From positions 182,003 through 239,935 of the forward strand of contig DAOOTD010000001.1 in assembly GCA_035390125.1 (NCBI GenBank): a stretch of 57,933 nt of DNA. Direction: 5' to 3'. A model generated the notes under the pieces. It saw only the letters and a list, made by a program, of their open reading frames with translations. It was not told where the DNA came from and searched no databases. Position 1 is the stretch's first letter. Each line of letters begins with the position of its first letter. The DNA is from Candidatus Moraniibacteriota bacterium. Its GTDB lineage: Bacteria; Patescibacteriota; Minisyncoccia; Moranbacterales; GWC2-37-73. Made by a program: the position numbers and the translations under genes. This document shows positions 19,809-27,434 of the stretch, in pieces.

Positions 19809-19837
19809 TTGATTTTATTTTTTATATATGTTTAATT
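19809..19837 (+). promoter_or_regulatory. Putative promoter for the candidate ncRNA
   Basis: TTGATT-N17-TTAATT preceded by TGT (extended -10-like). The predicted start, about 7 nt downstream, coincides with the first base of the long closing stem (19844). Confidence 0.4.
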
Positions 19838-19843
19838 TTAACC

Positions 19844-19979
19844 AGGACTAGGAGAAAAAGTGGACGTTTGTTATCGATGGATTTACGACCCAATCGGTAG
19901 GCGTAAGCGCTATCTTAAAAGGCTGGATTTATATCCAGGGGTTCTTAAACCCTAGAGCACAACTTTTTCTCCAAGTCCT
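19844..19979 (+). ncRNA. Candidate structured RNA of unknown class (~136 nt, multi-hairpin closed by a ~20-bp stem)
   Basis: The intergenic segment is clearly more G+C-rich than the surrounding spacer. 5' AGGACUAGGAGAAAAAGUGG pairs with 3' CACAACUUUUUCUCCAAGUCCU. Internal hairpins are CGAUGG..CCAAUCG, GGCG-UAAG-CGCU, CUGGAU-UUAU-AUCCAG and GGGUU-CUUA-AACCC. A U-tract follows. Strand is assigned from the promoter and one G-U pair only. Confidence 0.5.
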
Positions 19980-20034
19980 TTTATATTTCCCTAAATATTT
20001 CTTGGATACACTTTCAAAAACCCTTTTATACAAC

Positions 20035-20066
20035 AAAAAAGCAAGGTTTTTACACCTTGCTTTTTT
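20035..20066. terminator. Bidirectional terminator downstream of dnaK
   Basis: AAAAAA-GCAAGG-loop-CCTTGC-TTTTTT, 14 nt after the dnaK stop. Confidence 0.7.
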
Positions 20067-20079
20067 ATCTTAAAAAGGC

Positions 20080-21996
20080 TTATTTTTTCTCTGTCTCATC
20101 TTTTTTATCAGACTCCACTTCGGCGTCTTTTACATTATCATCTTTCTTTTCGCCTTCTGGACTTGCCTGTCCACCCTGGGCAGCCTGCGCCTCTTGCGCG
20201 GCTTTGTATAATTTCTCCCCAATCTTCTGTGCGGTTTGGGAAAGCGCTTCGGTTTTGGCCTTAATGGCATCCAGATCATCGCCGTTCTTTACTTTATCCA
20301 ATTCTGCAATAGCATCTTCAACCGGCTTCTTTTCATCGGCTGTGATTTTGTCGCCGGCATCAGCCAAAGCTTTTTTGGTTGTATAAACAAGTGTGTCGGC
20401 CAGATTGCGGGCTTCAACCAATTCTTTTTTCTTCTTGTCTTCTTCCGCATGCATCTCGGCATCTTTCTTCATTTTTTCAATTTCATCTTTGGAAAGTCCA
20501 CTTGAAGCTTCAATTTTGATTGATTGTGATTTGCCAGTAGCCTTGTCTTTGGCGGTTACATTCAAAATTCCATTGGCATCAATATCAAATGTCACTTCAA
20601 TCTGCGGAATGCCTCTTGGAGCTGGTGGAATACCATCCAGAATAAATCTGCCCAGAGTTTTGTTGCCAGAAGCTACTTCGCGTTCGCCTTGCAAGACATG
20701 GATTTCAACACTTGGCTGATTGTCAGCGGCAGTTGAAAATACTTGTGATTTGGCTGTTGGGACGGTTGTGTTGCGGTCTATAAGCGGAGTTGAAATGCCT
20801 CCCATAGTCTCAATTCCAAGCGTCAGAGGCGTCACATCAAGGAGTAGCACATCTTTGACTGAACCTTCCAAAACGCCTCCCTGTATCGCAGCACCGAGCG
20901 CCACAACTTCATCAGGGTTCACTGTTATGTTTGGTTTCTTGCCAAAGAATTTTTCTACAGTCTGAAGAACTAATGGCATCCTGGTCATTCCTCCGACCAA
21001 AACAACTTCATTGATATCCTTGGCGGAAAGTTTTGCATCTTCCAAGGCTTTCTTGACCGGACCTAAGGTTTTTTCAACTAAATCCCCAACCAATTCTTCC
21101 AGTTTCGCTCTGGTCATTTTCATAACCAAATGTTTCGGACCGGATGAATCGGATGTAATGAAAGGCTGATTGATTTCGGTTTCCATGGAAGTTGAAAGTT
21201 CAATCTTGGCTTTTTCTCCGGCTTCCTTGATTCTTTGAAGAGCTAAAGGATCCTTGGAAAGATCAATGCCTTCCTGTTTTTTGAATTCATTTATAATCCA
21301 TTCAATTATTCTCTGATCAAAATCGTCTCCCCCAAGATGGGTGTCGCCGTTGGTTGATTTCACTTCCACTGTGTCGCCGCCTACTTCCAGAACTGAAATA
21401 TCAAAAGTCCCGCCTCCAAGATCATAAACAGCAATTTTTTCGTCAGCTTTTTTGTCAAAACCATAAGCCAAAGCTGCCGCTGTCGGTTCATTGATAATTC
21501 GGCGCACATTGAAGCCTGCGATTTCTCCAGCTTCTTTGGTGGCTTTTCTTTGTGAGTCGTCAAAATAGGCAGGAACTGTGATGACCGCGTCAGTAATTTT
21601 CTCGCCCAGTTTTTCTTCTGCATCCTGTTTAAGTTTCTGCAGAATCATGGCAGAAATTTCCTGAGGAGTATAGTCTTTATCTCCCATGGTAATTTTCACA
21701 GTTTCTCCCGCATGCACAATTTTATATGGCATGAGCTTCACATCGCGCTGAACCTCAGCGTCATTATATGAACGCCCAATGAGCCTTTTAATTGAAAACA
21801 AAGTGTTTCCCGGATTGGTTACGCCTTGGCGTTTAGCCAAAAGCCCGACCAATCTTTCATTAGCCTTAGAAATTGCAACCATGGAAGGAGTTGTTCTGTT
21901 ACCCTCCTTGTTTTCAATAATTTCCGGCTTGCCGCCCATGACGACAGCCATGGCGCTGTTGGTTGTGCCTAAATCGATTCCCAATATCTTACTCAT
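20080..21996 (-). CDS. dnaK: Molecular chaperone DnaK (Hsp70)
   Basis: 638 aa. [17 protein letters not shown] and a full substrate-binding domain and lid. Confidence 0.98.
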   Translation of the reverse strand: MSKILGIDLGTTNSAMAVVMGGKPEIIENKEGNRTTPSMVAISKANERLVGLLAKRQGVTNPGNTLFSIKRLIGRSYNDAEVQRDVKLMPYKIVHAGETVKITMGDKDYTPQEISAMILQKLKQDAEEKLGEKITDAVITVPAYFDDSQRKATKEAGEIAGFNVRRIINEPTAAALAYGFDKKADEKIAVYDLGGGTFDISVLEVGGDTVEVKSTNGDTHLGGDDFDQRIIEWIINEFKKQEGIDLSKDPLALQRIKEAGEKAKIELSTSMETEINQPFITSDSSGPKHLVMKMTRAKLEELVGDLVEKTLGPVKKALEDAKLSAKDINEVVLVGGMTRMPLVLQTVEKFFGKKPNITVNPDEVVALGAAIQGGVLEGSVKDVLLLDVTPLTLGIETMGGISTPLIDRNTTVPTAKSQVFSTAADNQPSVEIHVLQGEREVASGNKTLGRFILDGIPPAPRGIPQIEVTFDIDANGILNVTAKDKATGKSQSIKIEASSGLSKDEIEKMKKDAEMHAEEDKKKKELVEARNLADTLVYTTKKALADAGDKITADEKKPVEDAIAELDKVKNGDDLDAIKAKTEALSQTAQKIGEKLYKAAQEAQAAQGGQASPEGEKKDDNVKDAEVESDKKDETEKK

Positions 21997-22068
21997 ATGT
22001 TTTGTTTTGCCGCTTGATTATTAAATAAAATAATAACCAGCAGTTTAAATTAATTTATTACTTATTTA

Positions 22069-22950
22069 TTATTCAACTATTACTTTTACTGCCCTCAAAA
22101 CTTTCCCGTTTAATTTATATCCTTTAAATGTGATTTTTTTAATTATTCCCTTAATTTCTTCTTGTTTTCTCTCCCCTTTTTCCTGACTGCTGTCTTGTAT
22201 TGCTTCATGTATTGCTGGATCAAATTTATCTCCTTCTTTGGTCAGAATTTCTTCAACCCCGTTTTCTATCAGAACATTTTCCAGTTGTTTCTGAATATGC
22301 ATTATGCCAACTACCCAGGCGTTATCTTTCTGATCTTCCGGAATATGATCGGTAGACATATGAAAATTGTCCAATACTGGAATAATCTGCATAACAATAT
22401 TCTGTCCGACATATTTCATAAATTCTTTCTGCGATTCTGCCTGCATTTTCTTGTAATTCTCAAAATCTGCCTGACAACGCTTCCAGCCGTCTAAAAAACT
22501 TTTTTGTTCTTTATATTTTGAATATTTTTCAATTGCTTGCTCAGTTCCCACTGCTAAATTCATTTTTTTTGCTTCTTCAATGGTTAGCCATTTGTATCCA
22601 TCTTTTTTAAATTCTCCATTAACTTTAACCTTTTCATCTCCTTCATATCTACATACATAGTCAAGGAAAATAAAATGTTTTTCTTCATGAAAATCCTTAT
22701 CAAAAATACTTTCTGAAAAATCCAGCTGGGCTTCAACTTTTACATCCAACCCTGTTTCTTCTTTTATCTCCCTTGCTATTGCTTCTTCCGTTTTTTCTCC
22801 TAATTCCACATGTCCGCCAAAAACAGTCCATTTTCCTTTCCATTTCTTACTTTCTCCTAAAAGTATTTCTTCTTTACTGTTTATTATCAATGCGCCAACA
22901 ATAGCTTCGGGATATTTTTTTTCATTGCTTTTTTGTTTTTTATCTGTCAT
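22069..22950 (-). CDS. grpE: Nudix hydrolase domain fused to nucleotide exchange factor GrpE
   Basis: 293 aa. Residues ~1-145 carry a complete Nudix box, GHVELGEKTEEAIAREIKEETGL. Residues ~150-293 are GrpE-like (ADFENYKKM..., IIPVLDNF, FDPAIHEAI, GYKLNGKVLRAVKVIV). Sits between hrcA and dnaK. Confidence 0.9.
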   Translation of the reverse strand: MTDKKQKSNEKKYPEAIVGALIINSKEEILLGESKKWKGKWTVFGGHVELGEKTEEAIAREIKEETGLDVKVEAQLDFSESIFDKDFHEEKHFIFLDYVCRYEGDEKVKVNGEFKKDGYKWLTIEEAKKMNLAVGTEQAIEKYSKYKEQKSFLDGWKRCQADFENYKKMQAESQKEFMKYVGQNIVMQIIPVLDNFHMSTDHIPEDQKDNAWVVGIMHIQKQLENVLIENGVEEILTKEGDKFDPAIHEAIQDSSQEKGERKQEEIKGIIKKITFKGYKLNGKVLRAVKVIVE

Positions 22951-22954
22951 ATTT

Positions 22955-23698
22955 TTATATTATATTTACAAAAATTACTACAACCATTGAGGCTCCTAAT
23001 AACTTTTTCATATATTCCATCATTGATTTGTTTTTGGCATATTTCATTCTTTTTGGTCCAATCAGCGCCAAGATTCCTTTTTCTCCAGTTTTTAATTTAT
23101 ATGGCGAAACCATCATAGAACAATTATTAATTCCTTCGATCGGATTTTCCTTTCCGATAAAAATCTTAGTTTCTCCGTATTTTATGTTTTTCATCAATTT
23201 ATCAAATTTTTCGTCCACATAGTCCAAGGTTTCAACTAAACGGCACATATCATCTAAATCCTGAAATTCGGGCTCTTCCATTAATTCTCTCATTCCAAAA
23301 TCGGCAAATTCATCATTATCAATTAATCCACTAATAGCCAGATTGCCACTGAGATGAGAAAGCAGTTTGGCCGATGTTTTTGTCAGTCTAGTATTTTGAG
23401 CTTTCAGTTTTAAAAATTCACGCTGTAATTTGTGCTGTTCTTCTTTAGAAAGTTCTTTATCCTTCATTATTTCCTCGACAAAAAAACGATAGCCTTTGTC
23501 AGTCGGGATTCTGCCCGCGCTGATATGCGGCTGATAAAGATAACCTTCTTTTTCTAAAGACATCATATCATTTCTGAGTGTTGCCGGACTGACATTAAAA
23601 CGATATTTGCTTGCCAAAATTTGCGAACCGGCCGGCACAGCAGTTTTCGTATATTCTTCTATTACGGCTGATAATATTTTTTGTTGCCTGATATTCAT
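22955..23698 (-). CDS. hrcA: Heat-inducible transcription repressor HrcA (short form)
   Basis: 247 aa. N-terminal wHTH block ILSAVIEEYTKTAVPAGSQILASKY...SPATLRNDMMSLEKEGYLYQPHISAGRIPTDKGYRFFV. About 90 aa shorter than typical HrcA proteins. Confidence 0.9.
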   Translation of the reverse strand: MNIRQQKILSAVIEEYTKTAVPAGSQILASKYRFNVSPATLRNDMMSLEKEGYLYQPHISAGRIPTDKGYRFFVEEIMKDKELSKEEQHKLQREFLKLKAQNTRLTKTSAKLLSHLSGNLAISGLIDNDEFADFGMRELMEEPEFQDLDDMCRLVETLDYVDEKFDKLMKNIKYGETKIFIGKENPIEGINNCSMMVSPYKLKTGEKGILALIGPKRMKYAKNKSMMEYMKKLLGASMVVVIFVNII

Positions 23699-23707
23699 AA
23701 TAATTTA

Positions 23708-23736
23708 ATTATATAGGATACATTAGCAGTCGTCAA
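23708..23736 (-). promoter_or_regulatory. hrcA operon promoter overlapping CIRCE
   Basis: Minus strand TTGACG-N17-TATAAT. The -10 ends 9 nt before the ATG, implying a (near-)leaderless transcript. Confidence 0.55.
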
Positions 23737-23749
23737 GTCTGAGTGCTAA
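23723..23749. promoter_or_regulatory. CIRCE operator upstream of hrcA-grpE-dnaK
   Basis: TTAGCAGTC-N9-GAGTGCTAA. The spacer contains the -35 hexamer. Confidence 0.9.
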
Positions 23750-23772
23750 CTTTTATTTTTTTAAAATAAAAC

Positions 23773-23810
23773 AAGCCATCGCAGCATTTTTGCATACGAT
23801 GGCTTTTTTA
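23773..23810 (-). terminator. Terminator ending the yidD/small-ORF transcript
   Basis: Stem AAGCCATCG / CGATGGCTT with T-rich flanks. Separates that transcript from the hrcA promoter. Confidence 0.55.
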
Positions 23811-23842
23811 AATTATTTCAATATCAATTTATTTCAAATCTC

Positions 23843-23998
23843 CTAATTTACGGTTAACGCCGGAGATTGAATTTTTAAAATTTGCTTTGCCTTTAAATAA
23901 CTCATGTCTGGCCGTAACAAACAGCCAAGGCAAGCTTTTTTTGGGATTTGACAATCAGCTTTTTTAACTGACTTGCCACACTTCCCCTTAACTGGCAT
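23843..23998 (-). CDS. Unannotated 51-aa Cys-rich mini-protein (paralogue B)
   Basis: Translated by hand: MPVKGKCGKSVKKADCQIPKKACLGCLLRPDMSYLKAKQILKIQSPALTVN. AAAGGAGG SD 8 nt upstream of the ATG. Shares GKCGK...C...CxGC with the neighbouring ORF. Confidence 0.5.
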   Translation of the reverse strand: MPVKGKCGKSVKKADCQIPKKACLGCLLRPDMSYLKAKQILKIQSPALTVN

Positions 23999-24105
23999 AT
24001 TTTATACCTCCTTTTATTTTTTTAATACTAATAGATAAAAATCTTTTTTGGATAGCCTCCTTACCTATCCCTTAATTAAAAAATTTAAAAGAACCAATAA
24101 TATTT

Positions 24106-24270
24106 TTATTTTGCCTTTTTTCCCATGCATCCTTCGCAAATCTGATCTTGGGGATGTTCTGCCTGATACTTCTTACAGGCTTCTTGGCCTGATGGAATTA
24201 TCAAATATTTCCCACACTTGCCCTGACCAACTTGTACCACAGTTTCATTTTCCGATCTTTCTTTCTTCAT
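24106..24270 (-). CDS. Unannotated 54-aa Cys-rich mini-protein (paralogue A)
   Basis: Translated by hand: MKKERSENETVVQVGQGKCGKYLIIPSGQEACKKYQAEHPQDQICEGCMGKKAK. AAGGAAGGAG SD 8 nt upstream. Lies 40 nt after the yidD stop. Confidence 0.55.
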   Translation of the reverse strand: MKKERSENETVVQVGQGKCGKYLIIPSGQEACKKYQAEHPQDQICEGCMGKKAK

Positions 24271-24310
24271 TCGTAAAACTCCTTCCTTTATTTTTTTGTA
24301 TTATATTAAA

Positions 24311-24562
24311 TTAAATTTCTTTGCTTTCAACTGGATCAAATCCGCCTTCATTCCAAGGATGACACCTGGCAATTCTTTTAATTGCTAGCCAAGTTCCTTT
24401 TAAAATTCCAAATTTTTCAATTGCTTCATAAGCATATTGACTGCAAGTTGGATAAAATCTACAATATCTTCTATTCGAAACTTTAGATAAAATGCCATGA
24501 TCAAAAGAAAATACTTTTTGATAAACCCTTATAACAAACAATATGCTCTTTTTCATAGACAT
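24311..24562 (-). CDS. yidD: Membrane protein insertion efficiency factor YidD
   Basis: 83 aa. [15 protein letters not shown]...[13 protein letters not shown]. The promoter geometry suggests the real start is the second ATG (24556) on a leaderless mRNA. Confidence 0.9.
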   Translation of the reverse strand: MSMKKSILFVIRVYQKVFSFDHGILSKVSNRRYCRFYPTCSQYAYEAIEKFGILKGTWLAIKRIARCHPWNEGGFDPVESKEI

Positions 24563-24563
24563 G

Positions 24564-24592
24564 ATTATATTTTAATAACTATGCTTTGTCAA
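24564..24592 (-). promoter_or_regulatory. yidD promoter (consensus hexamers)
   Basis: Minus strand TTGACA-N17-TATAAT. The -10 ends 1 nt before the first ATG. Confidence 0.6.
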
Positions 24593-24613
24593 TAAGAAAA
24601 AATAGTGTATAAT
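24586..24613 (+). promoter_or_regulatory. Divergent promoter for the corA-like/cysS unit
   Basis: TTGTCA-N16-TATAAT. Its -35 overlaps the -35 of the yidD promoter on the other strand. Confidence 0.5.
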
Positions 24614-24701
24614 TTAAGCAAACCAATAAATTAACAAAAAATAAAATAAATAAAATAAAGGGTTTCTTTCGGGCATAGCTCGTAAGATTTCATTTTGATT
24701 A

Positions 24702-25610
24702 ATGAGGACTATTTCATTTAAAAATGTAACTTGGATAGATTTTGAAGATCCTAGCGCAGATGATGTTGTTTACATGCAGGAAAACTTCAATATACATCCA
24801 ACTGCAATCGAAGAATTTATCACCCCGACCTTTCGTCCAAAAGCCACACACTATGATAATTGCCTGTTTCTCACTATTCACATACCTCTCTTTGACACAA
24901 AGTCAAGAACAACTTATCCAGGAGAACTCGACATAGTGATTACTAAAGATCACATCATTACTGGTCATACGAAAAATATTTATAGATTAGATAGTTTTTT
25001 CAATTTATTGCAGGAAAGTGAAGGCAAACGCAGATTATATATGAGCAAAACTCCAGCTCACCTGTTATATAACATTATCGACACTCTTCTTGACTCTTTT
25101 TTCCCAAACCTTGACCATATTCATGAAAAACTATTAGATATTGAAGAAAAAGTTTTCAGTGGAAAAGAAAAAGAAATGGTCTTTGAAATTTCTGTTGTTA
25201 AGCGTGATATTCTTAATTTTCGTAGAACTCTCAAACCACAAAGGCATATCATAGAATCTATTACTCAGATGAAATCCGAATTTATTGATAAAGAACTTAT
25301 ACCCTATTTTCAAGATCTTGTCGGTACAAACATCCGCCTTTGGAATGCACTAGAAAGCAATAAGGAAACAATTGAATCTCTCGAAGAAACAAATAATTCA
25401 CTGCTTTCCAATAAATTGAATTTCACAATGAAAGTTCTTACTGTTTTTTCAGCTATAATGATGCCTATGACTGTATATTCTAATATTCTTGCAATGAGCG
25501 CCAACATACCTTTCGGCAATAGTCCACACGCTTTCGCAATACACGTTTCTATAATGCTTTTAATTTCTCTTTTTACTATTATTCTTTTTAAGATTAAGAA
25601 ATGGCTATAG
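24702..25610 (+). CDS. CorA-family divalent-cation channel with a non-canonical pore motif
   Basis: 302 aa. CorA-like cytoplasmic domain plus two C-terminal TM helices. Where YGMNF is expected the sequence reads ILAMSANIPF. Confidence 0.75.
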   Translation: MRTISFKNVTWIDFEDPSADDVVYMQENFNIHPTAIEEFITPTFRPKATHYDNCLFLTIHIPLFDTKSRTTYPGELDIVITKDHIITGHTKNIYRLDSFFNLLQESEGKRRLYMSKTPAHLLYNIIDTLLDSFFPNLDHIHEKLLDIEEKVFSGKEKEMVFEISVVKRDILNFRRTLKPQRHIIESITQMKSEFIDKELIPYFQDLVGTNIRLWNALESNKETIESLEETNNSLLSNKLNFTMKVLTVFSAIMMPMTVYSNILAMSANIPFGNSPHAFAIHVSIMLLISLFTIILFKIKKWL

Positions 25611-27037
25611 TTATGAAATTCTACAATACTTTATCAAAAACTAAAGAAGAATTTAAATCAATAAATCCCGGCAAAATCGGGATGTATACTTGCGGACCGA
25701 CTGTTTATGATTTTATCCATATCGGCAACATAAGAGCTTATTTGCTTTCTGACACTATCCGGCGCTATCTGGAATACAATGGATATGAGGTGCGATTAAT
25801 TAAAAATATTACAGATGTCGGCCATTTAACTGAAGATGATATCTCACAAGGAGATTCCGGAGAAGATAAAATGATGAAAGCTGCTGATAAAGAAAAGAAG
25901 AAGCCTGAGGATATAGCTAAATTTTACGAAGATTATTTTCGCCAAGTTGAAAAAGAAATGAACATTCTGCCGGCCCAGTATTTTCCCAAGGCTACTGCCC
26001 ATATTCCCCAAATGATTAAAATCATTAAAGGCCTTTTGGAAAAAGGGTTTGCTTATGAAAAAAATGGTAATGTTTTTTTTGATGTAACAAAATTTCCTGA
26101 TTATGGAAAGCTTTCTGGAAATACTTTAGAAAACCTAAAAGTTGGTGCACGTCTCGAGGAACATCCGGACAAGAAAAATCCCTGGGATTTCGCCCTTTGG
26201 CTTAAGGCCCCCAAAGAACACCTGCTCAAATGGGAATCTCCTTGGGGAGTTGGTTATCCAGGCTGGCACATTGAATGCACTGCTATGAGTACAGAGTATT
26301 TAGGAAATACTTTAGATATCCATACTGGAGGTGAAGACAATATTTTTCCCCACCATGAAGCTGAAATCGCACAAACTGAATGCTATACCGGGCAAAAATT
26401 CGTAAATTATTGGCTACATCTTCGTCACCTCATGGTTGACGGACAAAAAATGTCAAAATCAAAAGGTAATTTTTATAAGCTGGATGATATCAAAGAGAAA
26501 GGTTTTTCGCCTATGGATCTGCGCCTGCTGCTCCTTTCTGCCCATTATCGATCACAGGTCAATTTTACTTGGGATGTCATGGAGCAATCCCGCAAAAACC
26601 TGCAAAGAATAAATGATTTTGTTTTAAACATGGAAGTTGTTGTTGCTGGAAACATATTAGCTTCTGAAAGTTTCAACTTAAAATCTTTTCAGGAAAAATT
26701 TGAAGCTGCCATGAATGATGACCTGAACACGCCTTTGGCTTTGAGTGTTTTATATGAAATGATAAGTGAAATAAATAAATTAAGCGCTACTAATTCTCTC
26801 TCTTCCGATGATGCCAAAAAAATTCTGGCTTTCTGGAAAAAAATAAATTCCGTTTTTGGTTTAGTGCTTTCCGGTCAGGCAGAAATCCCTCAGGAAATAA
26901 AGGATTTAGTTCAGAAAAGAGAAGATGCCCGCAAAGGAAAAGATTTCAAAAAATCAGACGACCTCAGAGAGTTGATTGAAAAGAAAGGCTATATTTTGGA
27001 AGATACTAAGGATGGAACATCGATAAAGCAAAAATAA
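25601..27037 (+). CDS. cysS: Cysteine--tRNA ligase
   Basis: 478 aa. HIGN and KMSKS motifs. The true start may be the ATG at 25613 (MKFYNTL...), which removes the 10-nt overlap with the upstream gene. Confidence 0.95.
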   Translation: MAIVMKFYNTLSKTKEEFKSINPGKIGMYTCGPTVYDFIHIGNIRAYLLSDTIRRYLEYNGYEVRLIKNITDVGHLTEDDISQGDSGEDKMMKAADKEKKKPEDIAKFYEDYFRQVEKEMNILPAQYFPKATAHIPQMIKIIKGLLEKGFAYEKNGNVFFDVTKFPDYGKLSGNTLENLKVGARLEEHPDKKNPWDFALWLKAPKEHLLKWESPWGVGYPGWHIECTAMSTEYLGNTLDIHTGGEDNIFPHHEAEIAQTECYTGQKFVNYWLHLRHLMVDGQKMSKSKGNFYKLDDIKEKGFSPMDLRLLLLSAHYRSQVNFTWDVMEQSRKNLQRINDFVLNMEVVVAGNILASESFNLKSFQEKFEAAMNDDLNTPLALSVLYEMISEINKLSATNSLSSDDAKKILAFWKKINSVFGLVLSGQAEIPQEIKDLVQKREDARKGKDFKKSDDLRELIEKKGYILEDTKDGTSIKQK

Positions 27038-27060
27038 CTATCTTTTTTACAAAAATAAAA

Positions 27061-27091
27061 GGCGAGGATAAAAACTTTATCTCGCCTTTTT
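27061..27091 (+). terminator. Intrinsic terminator after cysS
   Basis: GGCGAG(G)AT / ATCTCGCC stem followed by TTTTT. Confidence 0.7.
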
Positions 27092-27118
27092 AAAAACAAT
27101 TTATTTTTTTCATACTTT

Positions 27119-27211
27119 TTACATCAGTTTTATCACCATAATAAAAGAGATGATAAAGGCACCAAGAAGCAATGTTACTATAATCACCGCTGTTTTTTTA
27201 CTCGAAGACAT
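27119..27211 (-). CDS. Possible 30-aa single-TM peptide
   Basis: Not in the track. AAAGGAGG SD 8 nt before the ATG. Sequence MSSSKKTAVIIVTLLLGAFIISFIMVIKLM. Confidence 0.4.
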   Translation of the reverse strand: MSSSKKTAVIIVTLLLGAFIISFIMVIKLM

Positions 27212-27377
27212 ATAGATAACCTCCTTTTTCTGTTAAAATATCTTAACTTATTTACCTACCAATTTTAAACTATTCAATGCTCTTATATTTTTAAGTTACT
27301 TTTCAATGTTTTATATAATTTTTTTCAGCACTTGTCAATGTGTTATTAAATAGTGTATAAAAATGAAATTTTTATAG

Positions 27378-27405
27378 TTGCAGAGATAAGCAGGATTGGT
27401 ATAAT
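27378..27405 (+). promoter_or_regulatory. dnaB promoter with extended -10
   Basis: TTGCAG-N16-(TGg)TATAAT, 30 nt upstream of the ATG. Confidence 0.5.
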
Positions 27406-27434
27406 AAACTAGCTTTTAAAGCTTATTAAAATTT

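Noticed and set aside
19844-19979. Tested whether the structured RNA candidate is SRP RNA, a tRNA or tRNA-like element, 6S RNA, a ykkC-type riboswitch or a retron msr/msd.
   Set aside because: It has no GGAA-tetraloop/AGCAGC helix-8 signature, and the GGGTT-CTTA-AACCC hairpin does not fit a 7-nt T-loop. It is branched rather than a rod with a central bubble. Only a CTAGGGTT fragment of the ykkC core is present, and only on the minus strand. No reverse transcriptase is nearby. It is therefore kept as a candidate of unknown class.
20057-22024. A chain of plus-strand ORFs (81-109 aa) and one alternative-frame minus ORF within dnaK.
   Set aside because: They are antisense or off-frame shadows of dnaK. 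The relatively G+C-rich, codon-biased gene leaves long open antisense frames.
24048-24314. An 88-aa plus-strand ORF in the yidD-hrcA spacer.
   Set aside because: It has no SD and runs antisense to two minus-strand mini-ORFs that have strong SDs and shared Cys motifs. The minus-strand reading is preferred.
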